Assembly (NCBI RefSeq): GCF_009914755.1
Contig: NC_060932.1
DNA length: 64,000 nucleotides
Origin: the human T2T-CHM13v2.0 reference genome, Homo sapiens
Reading direction: 5' to 3' (one strand)
The position numbers and the translations under genes are program-made. The first letter of the stretch is position 1. Every line of letters begins with the position of its first letter. Of this stretch, positions 1 through 13,789 are shown in pieces. The notes below the pieces were generated by a model. The model was not told the origin of the DNA. It did no database searches and saw only the letters and a list, made by a program, of their open reading frames with translations.

Positions 1-1639
1 TATCATTATACTTAATTTTAAAAGTGGTACAAAATATAAGTTAGCTCTGCCTTTCTTTATCATCTCTTGACATAAGTTTCCTCCTGTAGGTGCTCTTATG
101 TACACTATGAAATAGAAGTCTTAGAAAGCAAAAAGTTATTATGTATCCTTAGCCCAATCTCATACTCTGTAGAAACACCCATATTAATATATGTCACACA
201 TAATAATCTGGCTTCTCTTGAACACTTTCAAGAATGATTATTATTATTGGGAAATATTTCCTGGACTAAGCTTCACCCTGCATTTTCATAATGTTAACTT
301 CTTCCCAAGCTTATAACCTGCATCTTTAGAGAAGCTTAAGGCTCAATCCATATGATAGCCATTCAGAATTTTTAAATTGTCAACATTTTATTGCTAAAGT
401 CTTTTATGTTTTGCTGTCTGCCACAATCCCTTCAATGTGTTTCCCATTCGTAGTTTCTAGATCTTTTATTATCTTCCTGCTAATCGTTGCATGGCTTCTC
501 CCTGAATTGTCGGTTACTTTTGTAAAGAGTAGTGATTTTACAGACATAAAGGCTTCTAAAATTATTGTCTGAACACCAGAAATAAAAGCTTTCCTAGGTC
601 CTGAATGTCCCAAACTACATTTCATCGTATTTATATTAGTGTGACCCAAGTTTAATTACCTTACTTAGCAATAATTTTATTTTGTATTGTAATGATTGTT
701 CAATCAACAAATATATGAAAATATTCATATAAAGATTCATATAAAATAAGTTCATAAAAAGCTCATATAAAATACTATTTAGGCAAGTATCTGCTCATGC
801 CGCATTCATGCAATTTACTTATCTGAATGTAAATCAAGGCTTTATATTTATCAAAGCTGATATTCATTTTGTTAATGTGCTTTCATAATTTTCCTTTACA
901 AAAATTATTTTAAATGTCTTATTCTGTTTTCTAATATATTAGCAGCTTCCCTGAGATTTGTTTTATCCACCTTCTGGTGACCAATGAATGGAACAGTATT
1001 AAATTATATCCCAAAGAATCTCTCTTCTGGACTATATAAATTACATATGTAGTTAATGACAAAATAGATTAATTAGCTAATACTATTTGAGTGCAGAAGC
1101 TCAACCACTTATAAATTTACCAAACTATGTGTTTTCATAGCCATTTTCTCTTATGTTGCCCATTTGGCTGGCACAAGATATTTTTATTAAATATCTTGGC
1201 AAATCAAGATAATCAATTTCTGTAACATTTAACTTATGTAGCATCTAGCATCTCAACAGGAAATATTTATCTAAGTATCACTGGGTCTTATGAAATTAAA
1301 GCTAGTTTCTGAAGAGAATTCCTATAATTAAATAAGATTATGCTGTATATGAAAAAGGTTTTATAAATTTTGACAGTATTATGCATTGTAAGGGATTACT
1401 GAGGGTTGAAAAAACGATCTGCTTAATAATAGTCTATCCTAGAATTTTTTTGAAAAATTAAACAATAGGATTATTAGTTCAATGGATCTTCAACAACTCT
1501 CAGGAAAAGAACTAGTAATAATAAATGTCAATAAATAGTTATGGAATTAATGTCTGAATGCCTGTTGATTGTGATGAAGTGCCAACTAAAGAAGGATTTA
1601 AGGTTACATTAATTTAGGTGCAAATTTTAACTTTGCTAT

Positions 1640-1780
1640 TTACTTATACTGTGAATCCTGAATAATTTACGTAACTTTTCTGAGCATCCTCAACTTCCTC
1701 ATTTGTAAAATGTGTTAATACCACCTACCTTGGGGGATTAAGTAAAATAATGTATATGAAATAAATAAAATAGTGCAAAA
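1640..1780 (+). mobile_element. MIR SINE fragment
   Basis: MIR core-like 'ctgtgaatcctgaataatttacgtaacttttctgagcatcctcaacttcctcatttgtaaaatg'. Confidence 0.6.
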
Positions 1781-2929
1781 TTGTTTATTTCCTTCTTTCA
1801 CCCCATCTCTTCCTCCAACTAAAGATGAAATGAATTAATTGCTTTGTGCCTTAGTACATTGGACACAAAACCAATTCATTTGAATTAGGTCAGGCAAAAG
1901 TTCAGTCATTTGGCTACTAGTATCCTTTGATAATGGAAGTATTATGGTGTGTATTTTTTCACAGGGGCCATTAGACTGTAGGTCATTTGGATGTCATTAG
2001 GAGAAAGAATGATGATCTTGAATTGCATAGAACATTTCGTGCTTTCTCATGCTGTGCTCTTTACTCTTTCCCTTTTTAAGAGAAAATCTACAAAAAAATT
2101 TTAAACTACATTATAATAATATTATTCTATACTGGAACAAAAAAATGACAAATATACAAACAAATTCAAACTATGGAAAAAGTTGGTGGGGCAGGGGTGG
2201 AGACTATGAAAAATAAACAATCAAAACAGCAGATATGTTCCTAAATTAAAAGAAAATTAAATATTAGAATGACTAAAGACTTCAGCAAGCTACAACAAAG
2301 CCAAGGATTTTTTCTTCTCTGTGCATACTAGAGCCACTTATTTTCTCTTTAATTCACATTATACTTTATTATATAGTAGTAGACACTTTTGCTTTCTTTG
2401 AACATTTTATTCATTTACTACAAATGTATATTGACTCTGGATGTCTGTTCAGAAATCATGCAACTAAACAAGAACTCATAACCGTGATTTTTTTTAGATG
2501 GTTGAAGACCTTTATGGTGCAATTATCCAAGTTAATGAAGGAATAGAATCAGACACTAACCTTGAGAGTACATAATCCAAAATTTACTGGATAATATACT
2601 ATTTTTAAGAAACTGAAATAAGAGCCAAACAATGGACCTCTAGTTTTTCTAAAACCAGTAATTACTTGTGGGTAAGTTATCTAAATTATTGAAACTTGGC
2701 CCCAATTTTCCCAGCTTTTTAAATTACAGAATTATGCTGTCTATGATTATATTAGATTTTTCAAAGTGACTGTGTTAATACATTTGAATATAATTCTCTC
2801 ATTTACAGTTTCTTTTAAAATTTTTCTACCAGCTTATCCCATCTCCTTGAACAATTTCCTCCCATTCCTCATTTGTATTGAATATGGAAAGAATCACTTC
2901 TTAAAGTAATTAAAGTTATCAGCCTAAGA

Positions 2930-3058
2930 ATTGACCTTTTTTGAATAGGGTTGTTTATTTTGTTGTTGAGTTATATGAGTTATCTATAAATTCTGATCAT
3001 TAATCACTTATCAGATATAATATGTGCAAATGATTTCTCCCATTCTGTGGGTTTTCTA
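2930..3058 (-). mobile_element. Old L1M ORF2 fragment
   Basis: 'cttatcagatataatatgtgcaaatgatttctcccattctgtggg' resembles the antisense of the L1 ORF2 3' region. Confidence 0.6.
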
Positions 3059-3909
3059 GAATTCAGTTCATATTAACTTTTAAAATTTTGTTTTAATTTT
3101 AGACAGCATGTCTAAATGCATGTTCATTACATGGGTATATTGCATAATGATGGGGATTTGGCTTCCAGTGTACCCAAAACACAAATAGTGTTGTACCCAG
3201 TAGGTAATTTTTCAAACTCACCCTCTACCACCCTCCCTTTTTGGAGTCCCCAGTGCCTATTATTTTTATCTGTATGTCCATGTGTGGCCATTGTTTAGCT
3301 CCCATTTATAAGTGAAAACATGCAGTATTTGATTTTTTGTTCTGAGATATTTTACTTAGGTCTCCATCACCATCTATATTGCCACAAAGGAAACAATTTC
3401 ATTTTTTATGGCTACATAGTATTCCTTGGTGTGTATATATACCACATGTTCTTTATCTAATCAACCATTGATGAGCACTTAGGTTGGTTCCATGACTTTG
3501 CTATTGTGAATAGTGCTGTGATAAATATACGAGTGAACGTTGTTTTTTTTTTTTTATAATGATTTATTTTCCCTTAAGTAGGTACCAAGTAGTGGGATTG
3601 CTGGATTGGATGGTAATTCTATTTTTAGTTCTTTGAGGTGTCTTCATACTGTTTTCCATAGAGGTTTAACTAACTGAGATTCCCACCAACAGGTCATAAG
3701 CATTCCCTTTTCTCCACATCCATGCCAACATCTGTTATTTGTTGACTTTTTAATGGTAGCCATTTTGACTGTGGCAAGATGATACTTCAGTATGGTTTTA
3801 ATTTGTCTCTCTCTGGTTAAATGATGTTGAGCATTCTTTTCATGTGTTTGTTGGCTGCTTGTGTGTTTTCTTTTGAGAAATGTCTGTTCATGTCCTTTTC
3901 CCAGTTTTT

Positions 3910-5335
<1,426 letters not shown>

Positions 5336-6834
5336 CTAGATATTATTAGTCCTTTGTTGGAGGCATAATTTGCAAATATTTTCTCTCATTCTGTAGGTTG
5401 TGTGCTTACTCTGGTGATTATCCCTTTTTCTGTGCAGACACTTTCCAGTTTAATTAACTGTCATTTGTCTATTTTTGCTTTTGTTGCATTTACTTTTAGG
5501 GTCTTCATTATAAATTCTTTGCCTAGGTCAATGTCCAGAAGAGTGTTTTCTAGATTTTCTTTGAAGATTTTTATAGTTTTAGGTCATACATTTAAGTCTT
5601 TAATCAATCTTAAGTTGATTTTTATATATGATGAGGGACAGGAGTCCAGTTTCATTTATTTGCATATGGCTAGCCAACTTCCCCAACACTATTTATCAAG
5701 TAAGTTGTCATTTTGCCATTCTTTATTTTTGACCCTATTGTCAAAAATCAATCAGTTGTAGGTATGTGACTTAATTTCTGGGTTCTATTTCCTTTTCCAT
5801 TGATCTACATGTACATTTTTGTGCTAGTACCATGCTTTTATACCTACTGTAGCCTTGTAGTATGAATTGAATTCAAGTAATGTGATGCCTCCATATTTCT
5901 TCTTTTTGATGAGGATTGCTTTGGTTATTCTGGCTCTTTTTTGCTTCCATGGGAATTTTAGGATTGGTTTTCTAATTCTGTGAAAAATGACATTAGTAAT
6001 TGGATAGGAACTGTGCTGAATCTGTAGGTGGCCTTGGGCAGTATAATCATTTTAACAATATTGATACTTTCAATCCATGAGCATGGGATTTTTTTATTTG
6101 TTTGTGTCATCTATGATTTCTTTCATCAGTATTTTTAGTTCTCCTTGTATGAATCTTTCACCTAGTTGGTTAAATGTATTCTAAATTGTTTTTTTTTTCT
6201 AACTATTGTAAATGGGATTGAGTTCTTGATTTTGCTCTCAGCTTGAACATTATTGATGTGTAGAAACGTTACTGAGTTGTGTACATTGATTTCAGTATCC
6301 TGAAATTTTACTGATATCATTTATTGATTTTTGGAGTCTTTCAGAGGAATCTTAGGGTTGTCTAGGTATACAATGATGTCATCAGGACCAGAGATAATTT
6401 GACTTCCTCTTTTCCAATTTGGATGCCTTTTATTTCCTTCTCTTGCCTGATCTCTCTGGCTAGAACTTCCAATACTATGTTGAATAGGAGTGAGGAGTGT
6501 GCCAGTTCTTGTGCCAGTCTTGTGCCAGTTCTTAGGGGAATGCTTTCAACTTTTCTCCATTCAACATGATGCTGGCTGTGTATTTGCCATGGATGGCTCT
6601 TATTATTTTGAAGTATTTTCCTTTGATGCCTGGTTTTTTGTGGGTTTTGTATCATGAAGCGATGTTAGATTTTATTGGATGCTTCTTCTGCATCTATTGA
6701 GATGATTATATATATATTTAATTCTGTTTATGCCATGAATCAAATTTATTGATTTGCATATGTTGAACTATCCTTGCATGCATGGAATAAAACCCACTTG
6801 ACCATGATAAATTATCTTTTCATGTGCTTTTGGA

Positions 6835-6963
6835 TTCTGTTTACTAGTATTTTGTTGAGGAGTTTTGCATCTAGGTTCATCAGGGATATTGGCCTGTAGT
6901 TCTGTTTGCTAGTATTTTGTTGAGGAGTTTTGCTTCTAGGTTCATCAGGGATATTGCATGTAG
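6835..6963. repeat. Two-copy tandem duplication, ~65-bp unit, inside the old L1
   Basis: 'ttctgttt(a/g)ctagtattttgttgaggagttttgc(a/t)tctaggttcatcagggatattg...tgtag' starts at 6835 and again at 6900. Confidence 0.9.
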
Positions 6964-8067
6964 TTCTCTTTTTTGTCTGATTTTGGTATCAGGGTGATAT
7001 TGATTTCTTAGAATAAGCTAGGGAGGAATCCTTCCCCCTTGATATTTTGAAATAACTCTTCCTTGTATGTTTGGTAACATTTTAGCTATGAATCCATCTG
7101 GTCCTGGGATTCCTTTTGTTGGAAGATTTTTTTTATTATCGATTCAATTTTATTACTCATTATTGGTCTATTAAGGGTATCTATTTCTTCTTGATTCAAT
7201 CTTGGCTGGTTGTAAGTTTTTAGAAATTTATCCATTTCCTTTAGGTTTTCTAGTTTTTGCAAATAGGGGTGTTCATAGTAGTCTCTGATGATCTTTTGTA
7301 TTTCTGTGATATGAGTTGTTAATGTCACCTTTATAATTTCTAATTGTACTTGTTTGAATCTCCTTTTTTCTTGCTTAAGCTAGGTAGTGGTCTATCAATT
7401 TTGTTTATCCTTTCAAAGAACCAACTTTTTCTTTCATTGGTCATTTGTATAATTTTTTTGGTCTCAGTCTCATTTAGTTCTCCTCTTATCTTTGCTATTT
7501 ATTTTCTTATGCTTGCTTTGTGTTTAATTTGTTCCTGTTTTTCCAGTTTCTTAAGGTGTGATATTAGGTTGTTAATTTGAGATCTTTCTCTTTTTTATGT
7601 AGGCAGTTAGTGAAACCAACTTTTCTCTTAGTAGCCCTTTTGTTTTATTCCAGAGGTTTTTGTTTATAGTTTGTCTATTTTCATTTGTTTTGAAAAATTG
7701 TTCTGATATCTGCCTTAATTTCTTTATTTACCCAAAAGCCATTCAGGAGGAAATTGTTTAGTTTTCATGCATTTTTGTAGTTTTGAGAGCTCCTCTTGGA
7801 ATTGATTTATAATTTTATTCAACTGTAGTCTGAGAAGACATTTGATATGAATTTGATGTTTTTGAGACTTGTTTTATGGCCAAGCATATGGTAAATTCTG
7901 GAGAATGTTCTATGCATATATGTATATTCTGCCTTTGTTGGGCAGAATATTCTGTAAATGTCCATTGGGTCCACTTGGTTTGTAGTCCAGTTTAAGTCCA
8001 AAGTTGAGTCTGTTTGTGTCTTTAGCAATTAGGTGGGTCTCTTGTATGCAGCAGATGTTTGGGTCTT

Positions 8068-8110
8068 GTTTTTTTTGTTTTTGTTGTTTGTTTTTTGTTT
8101 TTGTTTTTTA
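8068..8110. repeat. (TTTTG)n-like simple repeat
   Basis: Directly visible. Confidence 0.8.
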
Positions 8111-8699
8111 TCCTTTTCCACTCTATCTTCTAAATACTGCATTTAGGCCTTTTATGTTCAAGGTTAATATTGATATGTGAGAATTTTTCCTGTCATAGTG
8201 TTGTTAGCTAGTTGCCTTGAAGTTTCATTTGTGTAATTACTTTTTGGGATCTGTGATATTTGTGCTTACCTGTCCTTTTATGATGGTGAGTATTATCCAT
8301 CCATTTCCACTTTTAGAACTCCTTTGAGTATTTCTTGTAGGGTTGATCTCATAGTGATAAATTCCCTTAGTGTTTGCTTGTCTGGGAAAGACTTAACTTA
8401 TACAGTGGTATTGGCAAAATTAGGCAAATCATCTTTCCTATCATTTTAACTCATTTCAATTCTCACCACTCTCCTCTTCTATTTACAATAACAAATAGAA
8501 TCCTCTGTTCTGATTTATTCATGTATAGATTTTGAAGAGAATTCTGATTTTGATGCACGTTAGAATACGTGAAAGAGCAAAAGAAGCAAGTGAAAAATTT
8601 TGCAGTGACATACAAGAAAATGATTCAGTCTTAAGATATCTGCATTTTGAATAATAATGTACTTATTATGGTTACATTTAAATTTACTATCTTAACTGC

Positions 8700-10650
8700 C
8701 TTCATTTGTCCACTCACTGTTCTATTTCCTTTTTTTTCCCAATCTTCTCAATAATTATTTCCTAGAATATAATTTTATCTCTACTATTGGATTTTTTTGC
8801 TTAATTTTTTTATGGTCGGGTTACAGTTTAAAATTTGCAACTTTATATAATCCCAGTGTATCTTCAAATCCTTTTATTTCACTTCATATATAATGTAAGA
8901 ATCTTACAACAGTGTACTTCCATAACCTTTTATTGTTTTTTCCTATTTTCACATTATACTTTATGTATATTATTAACACAATATATATTTTTTTACTTTA
9001 TCCCTTGTCTTTTAAATAAATTTAAAAAATTTTTTATTCATATATTTATAATTTCTGTTATTTTGTATTCCTTTATGTAAATGGAAATTTCCTTCTAGGG
9101 TTCTTTTCTTTCCATCTGAAAAACACCTTGCAGATCTAGCAGCAAATTCTCTCAGCTATTTTGTCCTCATTTTAAGAACAGTTCTGCCAGATAGAACTTT
9201 AGTATTATAGTTTTTATTCCTATCAGGTCCTCCAAAATGGAATTTAATTGATTTCTGACTTAATTTTTGATGAGAAAACTGTGGTAATCTTTGCTCCTAT
9301 GTACAAAATATGTATTTTCTCCTCTGACTACTTTCAAAATTTTCTTTTTTTCACTGGTATTCAACAATTTCATTAGAAAATACTTTGGTATCGTTGTCTT
9401 TAGATTTATCCAGTAAGGTTTTTTACAGATCTTGAATCAGTAAGTTTATTTGTTTCATAGAATATGGAATTTTTTTAAGCACTTATTTTTCTCTCTTTTT
9501 GAACTCCAATCCACGTATGTTTAACATCTTGATATTTTTAAGCTGTTTACTGAAGTTCCTGTCAGTTCTCACCATTTATCTTTCTCTCTTCTTCACTTTG
9601 GATATTTGCTATTGCTGTATTTTCTCTGATCTCTTTTGAATAGTGTTAAATCAGCTATTAATCCCATCCACAGAATTCTTCACTTCTGATAATTGTCTTT
9701 TTCACCCACACAAGTTCAATTTTTTCTTTTATATACTTTTCATTTCTCTCTTCGTTATTTTTATGCTTTTCTTTTAATTTTAGGCTTGCTTATATTATCT
9801 CCACCTGCTCTTTCATTTCTTTCTAAGATCTTTTTCTACTAACCTTTCTATTTATTACAAATTTTAGATTCTTCCACATGTCTGTTAAGCTTTAATTGGA
9901 TACCGGACCTTATAAATTTATGTTGATGTCATTGTTGAGTTTAGTAGTCTTTAAAGAGTTTAGGCTTTAATCTGACAAGCAACTAAAGTTACTTGTGGAT
10001 TAGCTTGTTTCTTTTTGAGGCATATTTTAAAAGTTTTCCAAAATGGCCTACTTTTACCCTACTATTAAAATATGACTCTTCTAATGTCTTTCCTTAATTC
10101 CTTGGTTGTTCAAAAAAGTCTTATCAGAACCGATATATTTCCAGTCCTTTGTGAATTCTGAGAATTGGTGAACTCACCTTTATAGCTCCCACAGTTGTTC
10201 TTTGGCTGGCCTTCTGAAGTTTTTCCATATATATTCATGGCTTAATATTCAGTTACACTCTCAGGGAGACTCCTATGCAGATTTTTGGATCTCTTTTTCC
10301 ACAGTGCTCCCTTTTCTCCAGCACTTTGCCCAAGATATTCCATGTGCCTCAATTTTCCCAAACACTTTTCTCTGTCTCCTCGACCCAGAAAGCCTATTAT
10401 CACTAATTATCCCTCTCTCTACCTTTCACACCTTTTTTTCACTATGATCTGAAAAAATCCTGGCAGAAAGCTTGGATGATATCATAGGACATACCTCACA
10501 TGTTTCTTGTCTCTGTTTTCTCAGTCTTGTGCTGCCTACTTTTCAATTTCAGAACACGTTTGTTTCCTATATATGTAGACAATGTATGTAGTTATTTACT
10601 GCAGTAGGCTCGAGGTGATTTTAGTAACTCTGTCATGGCTGAAAGTAGAA
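8700..10650 (-). mobile_element. Ancient L1M (5'/ORF1 region) relic
   Basis: T-rich strand with 'caaattctctcagc', 'tttttgatgagaaa', 'ctactttcaaaattttctttttttcactgg' and 'cagggagactcctatgcagattt', typical of antisense old L1M ORF1/5' ends. Confidence 0.6.
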
Positions 10651-11100
10651 TTAAGTAATGTTTTATTTGGCATATTTCTAACCATTATTAAAGTTAAATA
10701 TTTGGTTATATCTCCATTCTTATGACATCAGACTAAAACTTATGAAGAATCATATATTTTTGTCTATAATTTTTAAAAATAGTTGTTTACGTGACATATA
10801 AGGTAAAAGTTTCTGGAATCCACAAAATTCTGGCTGTTTTCACTCAGTGTCAGAATAATCTAAGATTTTACTTTCATTTCTTCCCCCTTGATGATGCAGA
10901 TAACTTCAACCTCAGATTTTTGAATTATAAAAGCAAAAAAGATTATGGTTTATAATTACAGCATTACATTTTTATTCTGCAATAGAAATTAAAAATATGT
11001 CTTTTCTATTTATTTCAGTGCTACTGAATCTCCCATTAAAACCCCCACATGTGCCTGTCACTTGTTTATAAGCCAGACCTAAACATGTGTGCCAATTATT

Positions 11101-11142
11101 TGTTTATAAACATAAACATAAAACATAAACATAAACATAAAA
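11101..11142. repeat. (TAAACA)n microsatellite starting from the palindrome TGTTTATAAACA
   Basis: Directly visible. Confidence 0.85.
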
Positions 11143-11707
11143 TCTTGTATTTGAGATATATGTGTTTTATATGAAATAGTGAAGATTATTCAAAAAATTT
11201 TAAACATAACTTAAGATAATTTGAAAGACTTACTTTCTTCTATAGAATTATAAAAGCAGTATAAATCTTTTGCTTTAGTTTGAGGATAAAATTTTTAATG
11301 AAATAATTTACTTTACATTTTTATGCGTTACTGCTGGTCAATAATTGTCTAGTGCAGCATGGAAAGTGTTCTTCCTCACAAGATTGAGGTTGACAGTTTA
11401 GTCAATAAAAGATCATTCTTTTGGGGCTTATCTTGCTGACACAGCAAAGGCTCATTCTTAATGCACAGGGGCATAAATGGGAACTCTGTGCCTTGATAGA
11501 TTCAGACATGGACATCCTCTGCTTTTTTATTAAGCATGTCGAACTAATGGGAGGGGATTTTATCTCATTGGCATATCCAAGAGTCTCTACTTGAAAATTA
11601 AGGTAAGTGATTTTGGCAACCTAAATCTGATGACTGCTGTGGAGACAGAAAGTGATTGAAGGCAGTTCTAGCTTTGATTACCCTATAGTTTTAGAAAAGA
11701 GAATATT

Positions 11708-11840
11708 GACTGGGCATAGTGGCGTGCACCTGTAATATCAGGTAATTAGGAAGCTGTGGTGGGAGGATCACTTGAGCCCAGGAGTTAGAGACCAGGCCTG
11801 GGCAACATAGCAAGATTTTGTCTCAAAAAAAAAAAAAAAA
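11708..11840 (+). mobile_element. Free left Alu monomer (FLAM_A-like)
   Basis: Monomer 'tgggcatagtggcgtgcacctgtaat...gaggatcacttgagcccaggagttagagacc...gtctc' plus A-tail; degenerate TSD ending AATATT. Confidence 0.85.
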
Positions 11841-12319
11841 GGAATGACAATATTGGATATGAAACAAGTTATTATTCTATCATATCCTTCCTAATTATAA
11901 AGTAAAAAGAATATTTTACAATGGCATAGCCAATGGTCAATATTAAAAAGGAGAGTGTCACATATTTGACCACAAAATAAAGAATAATCAGTGATTTTTT
12001 TTCTTCAAGCGTTTACTTGCTTGTTTAAAATCAAAACATTAAAACTGTATTTTGGACTGTGAAAGTAAACAATATTCATTTCATATACTGTGAAATTTTT
12101 ATGTTAGTTTCTTTATCCTATGAATATAAACAAAAAAAGCACTGAACATAAGCATTACTGTAAAGAAATTGTAAGTAAAATGTGTTTTGATTACTACAAA
12201 AAATTGAGTTTTACAGTTAAATATTTATATTTAATTTCAGGCTGCATGAGAACACATGGCTGGAATTTAGAAAAAACAATTGTGCCAACTTTGATTTTGT
12301 AGACAAATCACTAGCTGAA

Positions 12320-12735
12320 TTGGGATGGCAGATGCATTTGTTTTATGTGGCCAAAATTGAATGCCTTAAGGTAATACATTTGCTCTTCAGGTTGACACAG
12401 GTGCCACCACTCCCTCTAGCACACAGTCTCCAGAAGTAGACAGTTTAAATTTGAATGCCACACTTCTTGCTTACATGGCCTACACCTCACTATACTTATC
12501 CATAAGGTAATGAAAATCACAGTGCCTAACTCATAGCATTTTTTAAAGATTAAGTAAATATCCAGATCTAGATCTAGACCTATCTGTCTATTGCTGGAGA
12601 CAAAATCTGACATATAGTAAGTTCTCAATAATTGTAATAGTTGTAGTAAGAGTAAGAGTAATATCTGGTCTCTCCACAAATACGTCTTACCTCCCTGGCT
12701 TCTGAAGACATTTGAATTTGTGACTGCAACTCTAA
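12320..12735 (+). mobile_element. MER102-like hAT element with a MIR inserted at ~12420-12660
   Basis: 'ttgaatgcctt...gtgccaccactccct' and 'ttacctccctggcttctgaagacatttgaatttgtgac' flank a MIR-like segment ('cctaactcatagc...tagtaagttctcaataa'). Confidence 0.5.
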
Positions 12736-13789
12736 ACCTTAATTAGTCCTTTGCACTGGTCCACAGCAAAATGACTGTTGGTTATTGACAGAACTCCTGA
12801 CCAACCTTCATGTTAGTTTACAGTGCCTATCTCTCTCATTGTAATTCCACCACCTTGACTGTCTTCTTGTTCACTGAACTTTTGACTGTACATAGAAGGT
12901 GACAGGTGTTTTCCCAGAAGTGATACCAACCACTTCACACAGCTTTTATCTGACAGTTTTTAGGTCTTTCTGAGGAGAATTTATGACAGAAACGCCATCA
13001 GACAAGCAGGCCAACAGTTGCGTTTGGCGTAATTACGCACTTCCTTGAGGGAAGGAAACAGTCAATCTCACAGTTTTTAGTCAGGCTGACACTATCCACA
13101 TATTTTGCAAGGTACATTCACAAAGTTCAAGTAGTTGATTGACTGAAGCTGAGCAGGAAAGGCTAAATGTCAGGCTTTTAAGGTGAAACTAGTGGCAGCT
13201 CTGTAGCAGCGTGGCAGGTAGAGTGAAGTCTGGAATTAAGAGTGACAGACGAATGGTGGGTGGTAAAGAAAAGACTGTGTTTGCTGGCAGAGAAGGAAGT
13301 TGGGCTGTGCTCAGAGCATTCATGGGGTTTGATTAGTGATAGAAAGGCTAAAATATATACAGATTTAAGTGTTCAAAATTATCTTAACATTCCAAAGAAA
13401 AACTGTCAGAATTTTACTAAAATAATAACTTTTAATCCCTTTACTTTTAAAATGTTAATATGAATTCCCCTTTTTTTTAAACAGTTTTCAAGATGTTGAG
13501 ATTTTTGTCTAAAGATTATTGTACTTATTGCATTTTGTCACTCTAGTCTCTGCTTTAAGAGCTAGGGAAATGTGAGAAAATATAAATTATATCTTAAAGG
13601 GGCAGAGATTAGAGTAAATACATTTAAAGATAATGAGAAAATTAAGAAAATTTGTGAAAAGTTTTGATTCATCATATTTTTGTGTGAAAATGAAAAAGAT
13701 ATCCTAAGCCAATCAAGATTTTGAATAGTCTAACAAAACATAGTAAATAGAGCACCCTTAACTTAATAAAATAAAGTATCTAATGTGAC

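Noticed and set aside
1174-1198. 10-bp inverted repeat CAAGATATTT/AAATATCTTG
   Set aside because: Short and AT-rich; plausible by chance in 64 kb
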